DNA from: Chloropicon primus
Lineage: Eukaryota
NCBI GenBank assembly: GCA_023205875.1
Contig: CP060759.1
Location: forward strand, 806,001-870,000
Length of the DNA stretch: 64,000 nt
Reading direction: 5' to 3'
Part shown: in pieces, positions 42,084-52,435 of the stretch
Layout: each line of letters begins with the position of its first letter
How positions within the stretch are numbered: the stretch's first letter is position 1
Notes under the pieces: model-generated
Told to the model about the DNA's origin: nothing
The model's input: only the letters and a program-made list of their open reading frames with translations
Databases searched by the model: none
Program-made: the position numbers and the translations under genes

Positions 42084-43748
42084 ATGCTTCACTGGCTGGA
42101 AGTGTCCCGGCCGTCCTTGCCGAAGGCAAAGACAAAGCTCACGGGGAACACGGGGTCGGCGGACAAGCTGCCAGAGATTGCACAACAGCAGTCCAAGTCC
42201 AAGGCTCGGAGGGAGTGGAACTCGCGGCTCCCTGTGGAGAATGGGAACAAGACCAGCAAGTTAGATGCGAAGAAGACCAAGTACGGGGGTCTCCCGCCTC
42301 AGACGAAGGAGAGGAAGGCCTCGGAGAAGAAGGGCAAAGCAGATGCGGAGCTGGACGCCACGGTGAAATTCCTCGAGCTGCACCTTGCGGCCTTGCAGTC
42401 CAAGCACAACGCCCTCCGGAGGCTCTGCAGGGAGAAGAAGCACCTCCTGAGCAAGTCCATGGACAAGTGCAACATACTGCGCAGGGAGAACTCGAGCGCC
42501 CAGAACCTGCTGCACCACAACAACACCTTGAAAGAGAAGCTTGGTGGGTGCGAGGAAAAGAACTACAACCTGGAAGACTTTCAGAGAGAATTCAGTCACT
42601 GCGACAACCTGCGCCCTGTTGTGTCCCTGTCGAGCGTGTCCTCTCTCGCTTCCTTCGAGGACGAGAGTTACGTTCACCAGCTGGAGGAGACGCTGAAGAG
42701 GGTGAACATAGGGAAGATGAAGGAGGGCGGGATCGAACTCAGCCTTGCGCATATGCTCCGCAGGTGCAAGCAGGCCCACACGACGAGCTCCGCGAGCGCG
42801 GAGAACAAGAGGTCGGACCTGTTCGTGACGTGCAAGAAGTTTGAGAAGCACCAGCACAAGACCTTGAAGGCCAAGCACCTGAAGAAGGTGGCGTTCGAGC
42901 AGAAGTCCAACTTCGAGCAGTACGTCAACAACAACAGGTCCATCTGGATGAAGAAGATAAACCATCGGCGGAACCACGTCAACAAGATTAGGCAAGCCCG
43001 GGAGCGGCTGAAGCGGAAGCAGGCGAGCAAGAAGGGGGGGGGGAAGGAGGCCTCGGGGAGCGCCATCAGTTCCGTGGTGGCGGACTTCGAGTTCAACGTG
43101 ATCAAATCGAGGTTCGAGAAGCTGCAGAGTGCGATCGGGACGACGGACTTGTCCTTCCTCGCGAACACGATTTGCGAGACGATCCAGGGCACGAGCAACT
43201 TGAACGGCAAGGTGTCCTACCTCCAGGAAAAGCTGGAGCAGAAGAACGTGCTGCTGAAGGAGGCCAAGACGCAGATGAACAGCCTTCAGATCCACGGCAG
43301 CACGGACTTCACGGGGACCTACAAGAAGGTGGAGACGCTCGAGGAGGAGCTCCAGAACAAGCTGCACGGCTTGAAGGTGGCCAACCAGAAGGAGTCCGAA
43401 GCGCAGAAGCTGATATCCTTGTGCAGCAACTATTTTTCCAAGCTCACGCACCAGCTCCAGCCCTTCAAGGTCGAGGCGACGAACCAGTCCATCGCGGAGA
43501 ACGTCGAGGGCAACGAGGTGGAGACCATTCCGGAGATCCTCAGGACGCTCCAGACGTGCGAAAGCAAGCTTGACTTGCTGTGCCGCCTGGAGCAGCATAA
43601 CTTCAACATGAACGAAGTGGTGAATGCCCAGCAGCAGGAGGAGACCGCCCAGCAGGTCAGGCTCGCAGCCAGGAGGGACAGCACTTTCGTTCCCCACAAC
43701 GAGAACCCCGCCCACCACGGAAAGAGGCTGTCCACCACTACCTATTGA
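42084..43748 (+). CDS. Coiled-coil protein resembling outer-dynein-arm docking complex subunits
   Basis: Long heptad regions; FEKLQSAIGTTDLSFLANTICE resembles the conserved block of the CCDC63/114/151 families. Confidence 0.45.
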   Translation: MLHWLEVSRPSLPKAKTKLTGNTGSADKLPEIAQQQSKSKARREWNSRLPVENGNKTSKLDAKKTKYGGLPPQTKERKASEKKGKADAELDATVKFLELHLAALQSKHNALRRLCREKKHLLSKSMDKCNILRRENSSAQNLLHHNNTLKEKLGGCEEKNYNLEDFQREFSHCDNLRPVVSLSSVSSLASFEDESYVHQLEETLKRVNIGKMKEGGIELSLAHMLRRCKQAHTTSSASAENKRSDLFVTCKKFEKHQHKTLKAKHLKKVAFEQKSNFEQYVNNNRSIWMKKINHRRNHVNKIRQARERLKRKQASKKGGGKEASGSAISSVVADFEFNVIKSRFEKLQSAIGTTDLSFLANTICETIQGTSNLNGKVSYLQEKLEQKNVLLKEAKTQMNSLQIHGSTDFTGTYKKVETLEEELQNKLHGLKVANQKESEAQKLISLCSNYFSKLTHQLQPFKVEATNQSIAENVEGNEVETIPEILRTLQTCESKLDLLCRLEQHNFNMNEVVNAQQQEETAQQVRLAARRDSTFVPHNENPAHHGKRLSTTTY

Positions 43749-43948
43749 TTGTTACCTTTTTCTTGTATTATTATGATTATCAAATCCATCCTAAAAATCG
43801 TACCCTTCTTCCCCTTCTCCTTGTCTCCGCCCTTGTCCTCCCTTGGCTTTCCTCCAGCAGGAGCTCCCCCTTCGATGTTTTACCTTTCCCCCCCAAAAAA
43901 ACGCTCGGGTGCGAGGCGGCGAGAGAGGATGGAGGAGTCTTGCGCGCC

Positions 43949-45077
43949 ATGGACCGGCCTGGCGAGGACGACCTGCGGATCAGGTACCGTGACACACGCG
44001 CTCAACGGCGAGCGAGACCGAGACTGACTGACTCCGCGACGCACGTGGATTTGCTTTTTCGTAATCAAAGGGGGAACGAGTTGTTCCAGAACGCGCGTTA
44101 CGGGGAGGCCATTGAGCACTACTCGCGGGCGCTGGGGCGCGCGGAGGGGCGCGTTGGGGAGGCGTCGAGGATCCTGATCAACAGGAGCGCGGTGAGTCGA
44201 GTTTCGGTCGCCTTTTTCGTCGGCGCTTCCGTGTGCCACCGCATTCCGAATCGAACTGACGGTCTCGCTTGCTTTTTCGCCGGAGCGCAGGCGTACGCCA
44301 AGCTCGGGCTCTGGAACGAGTCCCTCGCGGACGCGGAGCGGTCCGTCTCGCTGGGGGGGGCGACCCTCCGGGCGTGCTACAGGAAGGGCGTGGCCCTGAG
44401 GGAGCTCGGCCTGCTGGCGGAGTCCCTCGAGGCCCTGGAGCTCGGGGCGTCGCTCGACCCGAGCAACGAGCGGGTGGCGAGCGCGGTTGGGGAGGGCCGG
44501 GCCCTCGTCCGGGACAGGGCGAGGAGGGATTCCTTCCGCCGGGCGAGGACCGAGGAGGTCCTGGAGGCGAGGCGGAGGTTCGAGGTCAACGCGGAGGAGA
44601 GGCTCGCGGCGGAGAGCCTCAGGAGGGAGGCCGAGGAGAGGGCCAGGAGCCAGAGGAGGGCGGGCTACGAGAGGCACAGGCTGAGGACGGAGGAGCACCA
44701 GAGGTACGTCGTGGTGGGGAGAAGCCCGGTGCATTCGCTCGGACGCAGCATTGACACACACGCACACACACACACACACTCACACTCACACTCTATCTCT
44801 CTTGGTGTGCCCCAGCAGGGCGTTTCGGGAGAGGGAGGCGGAGGAGGCGGACCGGCGGAGGCGGAGGGGCGAGGGGGATGCGGGGGTGCGGGACGACCCG
44901 TACGAGGTGCTCGGCCTGCCCCCGGAGGGCTGCCCCCCGGGCCAAGTGCGGAGGCAGTACCTCCGGCTGGTCTCCAAGTGCCACCCCGACAAGCCGGGGG
45001 GCAGCCGGGAGGCGTTCGAGGCCGTCAGACACGCGTACGAGGAGCTGCTAGGAGTGGGGACGACGGAGAGGGGGTAG
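43949..45077 (+). CDS. TPR plus C-terminal DnaJ co-chaperone, 4 exons (43949-43983, 44071-44191, 44291-44703, 44819-45077)
   Basis: GNELF...AIEHYSRAL, NRSA|AYAKLG, YRKGVAL; DPYEVLGL...HPDK; introns frame-consistent. Confidence 0.85.
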
Positions 45078-45399
45078 GACTGCTAGTTCAGAGAGTGGGC
45101 TTTAGGGCCTGGGTGGTGGAGCGGGTGTTCTTTTTCTTCGGCGTCCCCGATGATTGTTGTAAACAACCCCGCCTTCGCTTTTTCTTTCCCCAAGCGGAGC
45201 ATAGAAACCTCCTTCTTCTTATCGCGGGTCCTTAACGCTCGCCTCACAACCTTGTCCGCTCAGAGTAGAAATCGCCGGGTTTTTTTGTGGGGGTCCAGAA
45301 ATTGCGAGCCCTCGGCGACGCGAGGCGGGCGGGCGGAAGAGCAAGGACGGAGCGAGGAGGGTTGGGACGCGAGCGCCGGGCCGGCGACGAGGTTGCGAG

Positions 45400-46779
45400 A
45401 TGTCCGAACCGTACAACCAACCGTGGCAGAACTTCGGGTACCCGTACATGTACACGACGGGCGGCATGATGCCCAGCAGCATGCCCCCGATGCATGAGTA
45501 CAGAGGCGTTGGCGTCCAGGTGAGTGAGACCCCTCCTCCCGCTTCCCCCGGGAGACGTTACGAAATATCTCGTTTCCGGTTTTTTTCTGTTTGAACGGCG
45601 GTGGGTGAGAGAGAGAGAGGACCTGGCTGACTTGACGTAACCCTCCCTCCCGTTGTCCTGTCTCCTCGGTCGCCAGGCCGTCAACCCCTACCACCCTCTC
45701 TCGTCGGTGCAACCGTTGCATCAGCCGATCGGGGTCGACGTCCCGCCTGCAGGTGCGCCGGGCTCGTCGCAGGGGAAGGGCAGCAAGAAGGGTGGCGCGA
45801 AGAAGGCCGGGAAGAAGCCGAAAGGGAAAGCGAAGAAGCTGAAGAAGAGCCCCGAGAAGACTGCCCTGGAGAAGAAGAGGCAAGCCCAGCAGAAGGTAAG
45901 AGTCGGTTTGCGCGCACACACACACACACACAGTGACAGTGACTGACCGGACGGGTGGTGTTTTCGTAACGCTCGCGCGCCCGTGAAAAGCAAGCCGAGC
46001 GCGAGAGGAAGCAGAAGCAAAAGAAGGCCGATCAGGAGAAGAAGAAGAGGGAGAGGGAGAAGGTGGGTCCTCGCGATCGGCCGACGCGCCGCACGACAGA
46101 GAGAGAGGGAGAGAGAGAGATCGCTGACCACGACAACAAAAACGCGTTTTTTTCGCGCTCTTTCCTGTGTGCACACACGCAGGAGAAGCAGAACAAGCTC
46201 AAGATGAAGCAGCAGACCAAGGCAGGCAAGAAGAAGAAGGAGAAGGACCCACTCGCGCCAAAGAGAGCCAGGACCGCGTTCAACTTCTTCCTTGACCAGT
46301 TCCGGGGGGAGTACAAGCTGCAGCACCCCGAGTCCAAGGGCGTCGTCGCGGTGACCAAAGCGGGCAGCGAGAGGTGGAAGCAGATGTCCCCGCAGGAGAA
46401 GCAGCCCTACGAGCAGAAGGCGGAGAGCGCGAGGGACATCTACCAGAAGGCGAAGAAGGAGTACCAGGACCAGGGTGGAGGGGCGAAGTTCAAGCTCATG
46501 AAGGGTCCTCCCAGGCCGCCCACGGCGTACTTCATGTTCCTGAATACGTTCAGGCAGGAGTACAAGGCGAGGCACCCTGACGTCAGCGGGATCAAAGAAA
46601 TGTCCAAGGAAGCGGGTGAGAGATGGCGCGCCATGGACCAGGTGGCGAAGGAGCCTTACGAGAGCAAGGCAAAGGCGGCCAAGGAGTTTTACAACAAACT
46701 CAAGGACATGAGTCCCGAGGAGCGCGTCAGTGCCACCGAGCACATCCCGGGTGGAAAAATATATGATCAATTCAAGTGA
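45400..46779 (+). CDS. Double HMG-box protein, 4 exons (45400-45519, 45677-45895, 45991-46062, 46183-46779)
   Basis: KDPLAPKRARTAFNFF...WKQMS and PPRPPTAYFMF...GERWRAM; phase-0 introns. Confidence 0.88.
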
Positions 46780-46985
46780 GCACGCACCGGGAACTTGTGT
46801 AACACGCATTTTGGAAAACCCGCCACTCTGCGCACCCCAACACCACCACCGTCCCCTCCTCGCCCTTGGCCTACTTTTCGCATCCCGTTCGTTCCTCCTC
46901 CTGCCTTGTCAGCTGGTTGATCATCCACAGACAAGACAGATTCAGCGCGAGCGCGGCCCAGCAGCGGAGGAGGTGCCATCTAGCC

Positions 46986-48416
46986 ATGAGGGCGATGAGG
47001 TTGTGCAAGGGAGGTTTGGCCTGCGAGGGCGCGGGCCGAGGACGGTGTCGAGCCTCGAAGCTTGGGACCGGGAGGGGGAGAAGCGGCTTGGCCACGGGTA
47101 TCTTTTGTACGGAGGGTGGAAACCGGGAGGCCAGCAGGCGCGGTCACGACCATGGGGAAGACTATGATGGCTATGGCGAGCAGCGTCGCCGGGGAGACGG
47201 TGGTGGAGGGAGGAACAGGGAGAGGCTGGTCTCTCTTTCGGGCGTCGAGGACGGAAGGTACGCCGACGTGGACCTCGAGAGCTTGAGGAAGGCCCTGGTC
47301 TCGTCCCAGTCGTTCGACGAGGACGTGGACTCCGGGCCGGACTACTCGTCCGTCCAAGGGCGGAACCTCGCTCTCGAGCTGGTCAGGGTGACGGAGGCCG
47401 CGGCGCTGGAAGCTGGGCGCTGGTTCGGGAGGGGGAGCGAGGAGAAAGCGGACCGAGCTGCGACGGCAGGGATGAGGAAGGTCCTGAACGCGATGGAGAT
47501 TGACGGAGTCGTGGTGATAGGCCAAGGAGCCCTGGACGACGTGGAGGAGGACCCCAGGCTGGCGCTGCTGTGCGGCGAGCGCGTGGGTTGTGGCTACGGC
47601 CACGAGGTCGACGTGGCCGTCAAGGCGCTCGACGGCACGACCCTCGTTTCCGAGGGGCACCAAGGCAGCCTGAGCGTCATCTGCACGGCGGAGAGGGGAG
47701 CCCTCCTGGACACCGGACCTTGCGAATACATGGAGAAAATTGTGGTCGGGGCAGACGTGGAGCCCGGGGTCGTCTCCCTCGACCGAAGCCTCGAGGAAAA
47801 CCTCAACGCCCTCTCGGAGACTCTGTCAAAGCCGGTGACAAGCCTGACGGTGGCGCTGCTGGACCGCCCGAGGCACGCGGATATTGTCCAGGAGTGTCGA
47901 AGGCTGGGCACCCGCCTGATGCTTTTCTCGGACGGCGATGTCGCGGTGTCCCTCGAAGCGGCGAGGCCGGACAGCAGCATCGACCTGATGATCGGGGTGG
48001 GCGGCAGCCAAGAGGGCGTCATCTCGGCCTGCGCCTTGGCGTGCATGGGCGGATACATGCAGGGAAGGCTGTGGCCAAGTAACCAGGACCAGAGAAAGCT
48101 TGCCGAAGACCTGCAGCTTGACCTGGGTGTCCTGGAGATCGAAGACATCGTGAAGAGGGGCAACGAGGTGGCGTTTGCTGCGACAGGAATATCGGACGGC
48201 CTGCTGAACGGTGTCAAGTATTGGAGTGGGGGGGCAACCACGAACAGCCTGGTCATGAGGTCTGCCAGCGGGACGGTCAGAATCCTTGAGACCCACCACC
48301 ATTGGTCCAGACCAGGGTTGACGAACATCGACGACATGAATAGCATGGATGAGCTCCAGGAGCAACAGAGGCGTGGCATGCCCATGCAGCCTTCCAGGGA
48401 GCTTGGGAAGTTTTGA
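46986..48416 (+). CDS. glpX: GlpX-family class II FBPase/SBPase-like protein, plastid-targeted, with altered active site
   Basis: RNLALELVRVTEAAAL, YMEKI, LDRPRH, DGDV, GGSQEGVI, FAATGISDG, SLVMRSASGTVR. Confidence 0.85.
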   Translation: MRAMRLCKGGLACEGAGRGRCRASKLGTGRGRSGLATGIFCTEGGNREASRRGHDHGEDYDGYGEQRRRGDGGGGRNRERLVSLSGVEDGRYADVDLESLRKALVSSQSFDEDVDSGPDYSSVQGRNLALELVRVTEAAALEAGRWFGRGSEEKADRAATAGMRKVLNAMEIDGVVVIGQGALDDVEEDPRLALLCGERVGCGYGHEVDVAVKALDGTTLVSEGHQGSLSVICTAERGALLDTGPCEYMEKIVVGADVEPGVVSLDRSLEENLNALSETLSKPVTSLTVALLDRPRHADIVQECRRLGTRLMLFSDGDVAVSLEAARPDSSIDLMIGVGGSQEGVISACALACMGGYMQGRLWPSNQDQRKLAEDLQLDLGVLEIEDIVKRGNEVAFAATGISDGLLNGVKYWSGGATTNSLVMRSASGTVRILETHHHWSRPGLTNIDDMNSMDELQEQQRRGMPMQPSRELGKF

Positions 48417-48464
48417 ATGACTCTAGTAATTAAATTTTTTTCTCCTTTGTAATAATTCACCGTC

Positions 48465-49998
48465 TTATTTTGACAGGTATCTGCTCTGCGCCAAAGTCCT
48501 GAGCCTCAGAGCCTGCAACTTGATGAACCCTTGCGCGTCTGCCTGATCGTACACGCTGTCCTCCTCGAAGGTCACCACCTCCTCGTCGTAGAGAGAGTAC
48601 TTGGACTTTCTTCCGGTCACCATGACGTTGCCCTTGTAGAGCTTCAGCCTCACCACTCCCGACACGAACTTCTGCGTGTCATCGATCGCCGCCTGGAGCA
48701 TCTCTCTTTCTGGGGACCACCAGAAGCCGTTGTACAGAAGCTCGGCGTACTTGGGCATGAGCTCGTCCTTCAAGTGCATCTGACCTCTGTCCAAGCAGAT
48801 GCTCTCCATCGCCCTCCTCGCCTGGAGCAAGATCGTTCCGCCTGGTGTCTCGTAAACACCTCTAGACTTCATTCCGACAAACCTGGACTCCACGATGTCG
48901 GTTCTGCCGACGCCGTTCTGGCCTCCAAGCTCGTTCAACTTGGTCAACATATCTGCGGGTGAAAGGTAGACGCCGTCGATCGCCACGGGGTCTCCCTTTT
49001 CGAACTCGAGTTCAAAGTAAGTGGGAGTATCCGGCGCGTTTTCCGGGGACACCGATCTCGTGTACATGTCCTCCTCAGGCTCTACCCAAGGGTCTTCGAG
49101 GATGTTCCCCTCGTAAGAGATGTGGAGAAGGTTCGCGTCCATGGAGTAAGGCGCCTCCCCAGACTTCTTGCTGGCCGGGACCTCGATTCCATTTTCCTCC
49201 GCGTAGCGGATCAAGCTAGTTCTCGAGTTCAAGTCCCACTCTCTCCAGGGGGCAACCACTCTGATGTCCGGCTTGAGCGCGTAATACCCGAGCTCGAAGC
49301 GGACCTGGTCGTTTCCCTTTCCAGTCGCACCGTGGCACACGGCGTCGGCCCCCGTCTCCATGGCGATTTCGATCTGCCTCTTCGCAATGAGGGGCCTCGC
49401 GATGGACGTGCCGAGGAGGTAGGTGCCCTCGTAGACGGCGTTCGACCTGAACATCGGGAAGACGTAGTCCCTCACGAACTCCTCCCTCACGTCCTCGATG
49501 TAGATCTCCTTGATGCCGAGGGCCTCGGCCTTCTTCCTGGCTGGTTCCAGCTCCTCTCCCTGACCCAAGTCAGCGGTGAAGGTCACGACTGGAGGGCAAT
49601 GCGAGGCGAGACAGAGGGAAGAAGGGCTCGTCAGTACACGCGACACGCGACATGACGATCGGGCGCGGGGAGAGAGGGGCGGGAGGAGTTTCCTTACCTT
49701 CACAGCCTTTGTTCTGAAGCCACTTGAGGATGATGCTCGTGTCCAACCCTCCGGAGTAAGCGAGGACCACCTTCTTCGGGGTGGACGCGTCCCCCGCGGA
49801 GGCGGAGCAACGAAGTCCTCGCGAACCCGCCCGACCATTTCGGCAAACGTTGTGGGACTTCGTCGTCGCCCTCCTGCGCAAGCTAGCCTCCTCGCCCTCC
49901 ACCGAGGCCCTGGCGATCCTCTTCTTTCTCTGCGCTACGACGGGCGTTCTCGCCGCCGAGAGAGAGACGGAAGCAGGTGATGGACGCAACGTCTTCAT
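48465..49998 (-). CDS. argG: Argininosuccinate synthase, 2 exons (49998-49698, 49588-48465)
   Basis: [48 protein letters not shown]; transit peptide. Confidence 0.96.
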
Positions 49999-50374
49999 CC
50001 TTCGTTTCGTCCGGGCGGTGCTTCGCTCTGCGGTCTTACAGCAACAAACAGACAGACAACACTTTCGTCACGTGCCTACTTGCGAAGGCGGCCGGCGTTC
50101 TGATCAGAGAATGAGAATCTCAACGGCCTGGGGGTCTGGGGCTGAGAGTGTGGGGGGTGTGGCGAGTGGATGCATCGCTCGTGGCCGACGCAGCGGAGGG
50201 AAGAACCCGAACCAAGGACAACCTCGCTGCTTCGTCTCTTTGGACTCGAGTGTGTGGAATCTCTTTCAGCTGGGAGCCAGGAGAAGATGCGCCTTGCTCG
50301 CAAGAAAGGTCGCCAGATACGTCTGTGGAAAGTGATGGATCGCAAAAATGAATTATCTTGGCCCTGGCTCGCGG

Positions 50375-50521
50375 TCAGAAGATGGCGGGGCCCTTGATCT
50401 CCAGGTCGAGCACCATGCACACGAGATCCTTGTCCTCCGTGTCTTTTGCTGTAATCTTCAGCTGGTAGTTTCCCTGCGGCAACGTTCGCGAGCGACACAC
50501 GCACACACACACACACAGAGG

Positions 50522-50552
<31 letters not shown>

Positions 50553-51100
50553 GGTCAGGCTCGAGCTCTTGACCTGGGGAGGACGTGGTGCGGGGGTGGT
50601 GGTCACCTACCGGGAGGGTGAACGGGGGGAGCTTTTGCTTTGCGTTCACGGTGAAGGCCCCGTTCGCCGGACACGACTCCAGTCTGTCGCAGAGGTCGTC
50701 CTTCTCCTTGTACACGGGAATCCTGTGGAACAGAACAGTGAGATCGAGCTCACCGCCCTTGACGAGCCTCCCTGCGAGTCCGCGAAAGAGACACGAAATC
50801 GTGTGAACCCCCGAAAAGAGAGAGAGAGAGAGAAAGCAGGACTGTCAGTGTTGTCGAGGGCACGGTGCGAACACGGTGCCGTTGGTCCTTCGACGGCGCA
50901 AACTCACCAATCTCTCCGTCGATGAGCACGTTGATCTCCTGCCCTGCCCTCGGCCGGTCCGGGACCACCGTGGCGTTCATGATTCGCGCCTCCCACTCCC
51001 CATCGCAGTACTTCCACTTCGCGGCCTGAGCCTGCGCGGCCACCAGGAAGCCCAAAGCGAGCACGAGCACGCGAGTCCACGTCTTCGCCACACGCGTCAT
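50375..51100 (-). CDS. ML (MD-2/NPC2-like) lipid-binding protein, copy A, 3 exons (51100-50908, 50771-50611, 50473-50375)
   Basis: Signal peptide, WKYC, DLCDRLESCP, LPPFTLP|GNYQLKI, LVC; 150 aa. Confidence 0.85.
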
Positions 51101-51319
51101 GTTGCGCACCCCTCGTCCTCAGTCCCCTTTCGCGCTCTTCCCCGACCCTTTGTCCGCTTGTCCTCTCTCTCTCTCTGGGGCCTCCTCCGAGCAAAGCTGG
51201 TACGAGGTCTTTCGTGATGCGCTGATGCGGATGTGCAGAGCAGATCACGGGGGGGGAGGGCTGGGCCGTTACGGCAGGGACCAAGGCTCTAAACTCTCTT
51301 GTGACAATTGAGGTATAAA

Positions 51320-51442
51320 TTACAATGCGGCAGCGGTGTTGTTGACAATGGTGCCGACGGCGAGGGGGATGCCTTGGGCGTGGTGGAGCCTGGAGTTGCT
51401 CTTCCCGTTCCCGAAGAGGAAGGAGGAGGATAAGCCCAAGTG
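51320..51442 (-). pseudogene. Orphan 3' fragment of the neighbouring glycosyltransferase-like gene
   Basis: Near-identical to 52436-52554, including the stop codon; has an extra 3-nt GGA; lacks the 5' part. Confidence 0.85.
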
Positions 51443-51475
51443 AATTATGTGTGTGCGCGAGTTTTTGGCCCTGGC

Positions 51476-52197
51476 TCACGGTTTGTGCCATCGAAGGGCC
51501 AGAGCGGGCCCCTTGATGTTCAGGTCGAGCACCATGCACACGAGATCCTTGTCCTCCGTGTCTTTTGCTGTAATCTTCAGCTCGTGGTTTCCCTGCGGCA
51601 ACGTTCGCGAGCGACACACGCACAGAGGGAGAGAGAGAGAGAGAGGGTCAGGCTCGAGCTCTTGACCTGGGGAGGACGTGGTGCGGGGGTGGTGGTCACC
51701 TACCGGGAGGGTGAGCGGGGGGAGCTTTTGCTTTGCGTTCACGGTGAAGGCCCCGTTCGCCGGACACGACTCCAGTCTGTCGCAGAGGTCGTCCTTCTCC
51801 TTGTGCACGGGAATCTTGTGGAACAGAACAGTGAGATCGAGCTCACCGCCCTTGACGAGCCTCCCTGCGAGTCCGCGAAAGAGACACGAAATCGTGTGAA
51901 CCCCCGAAAAGAGAGAGAGAGAGAAAGCAGGACTGTCAGTGTTGTCGAGGGCACGGTGCGAACACGGTGCCGTTGGTCCTTCGACGGCGCAAACTCACCA
52001 ATCTCTCCGTCGATGAGCACGTTGATCTCCTGCCCTGCCCTCGGCCGGTCCGGGACCACCGTGGCGTTCATGATTCGCGCCTCCCACTCCCCATCGCAGT
52101 ACTTCCACTTCGCGGCCTGAGCCTGCGCGGCCACCAGGAAGCCCAAAGCGAGCACGAGCACGCGAGCCCACGTCTTCGCCACACGCGCCATGGTCAT
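51476..52197 (-). CDS. ML (MD-2/NPC2-like) lipid-binding protein, copy B, 3 exons
   Basis: Near-identical to copy A including introns; different C-terminus GPALALRWHKP. Confidence 0.85.
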
Positions 52198-52435
52198 CGT
52201 CCTTGTATTACAAGATCAAGATCTTCCTCGATCCTTTGCTTATCCGCTCTCTCTCTCTCTCTCTCTCTCTCTCTGCGGGGCGTTCCTCCTCCGAGCAGTG
52301 ATGGTACGAGGTCTTCGTGATCGGTGATGGCGGATCAGTGATCCCGGTAGTGATCCGGGAATCACGGGGGGGAGGGCTGGGCCGTTACGGCAGGGACCAA
52401 GGCTCTAAACTCTCTTGTGACAATTGAGGTATAAA

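Noticed and set aside
50128..50203. TPP-riboswitch-like fragments (GGGG...GCTGAGA...GCAGCGGAGGGAAG)
   Set aside because: The core ACCTGAT and GG-TAAT-CC elements are missing, it is on the strand opposite both neighbouring genes, and no thiamine gene is nearby.
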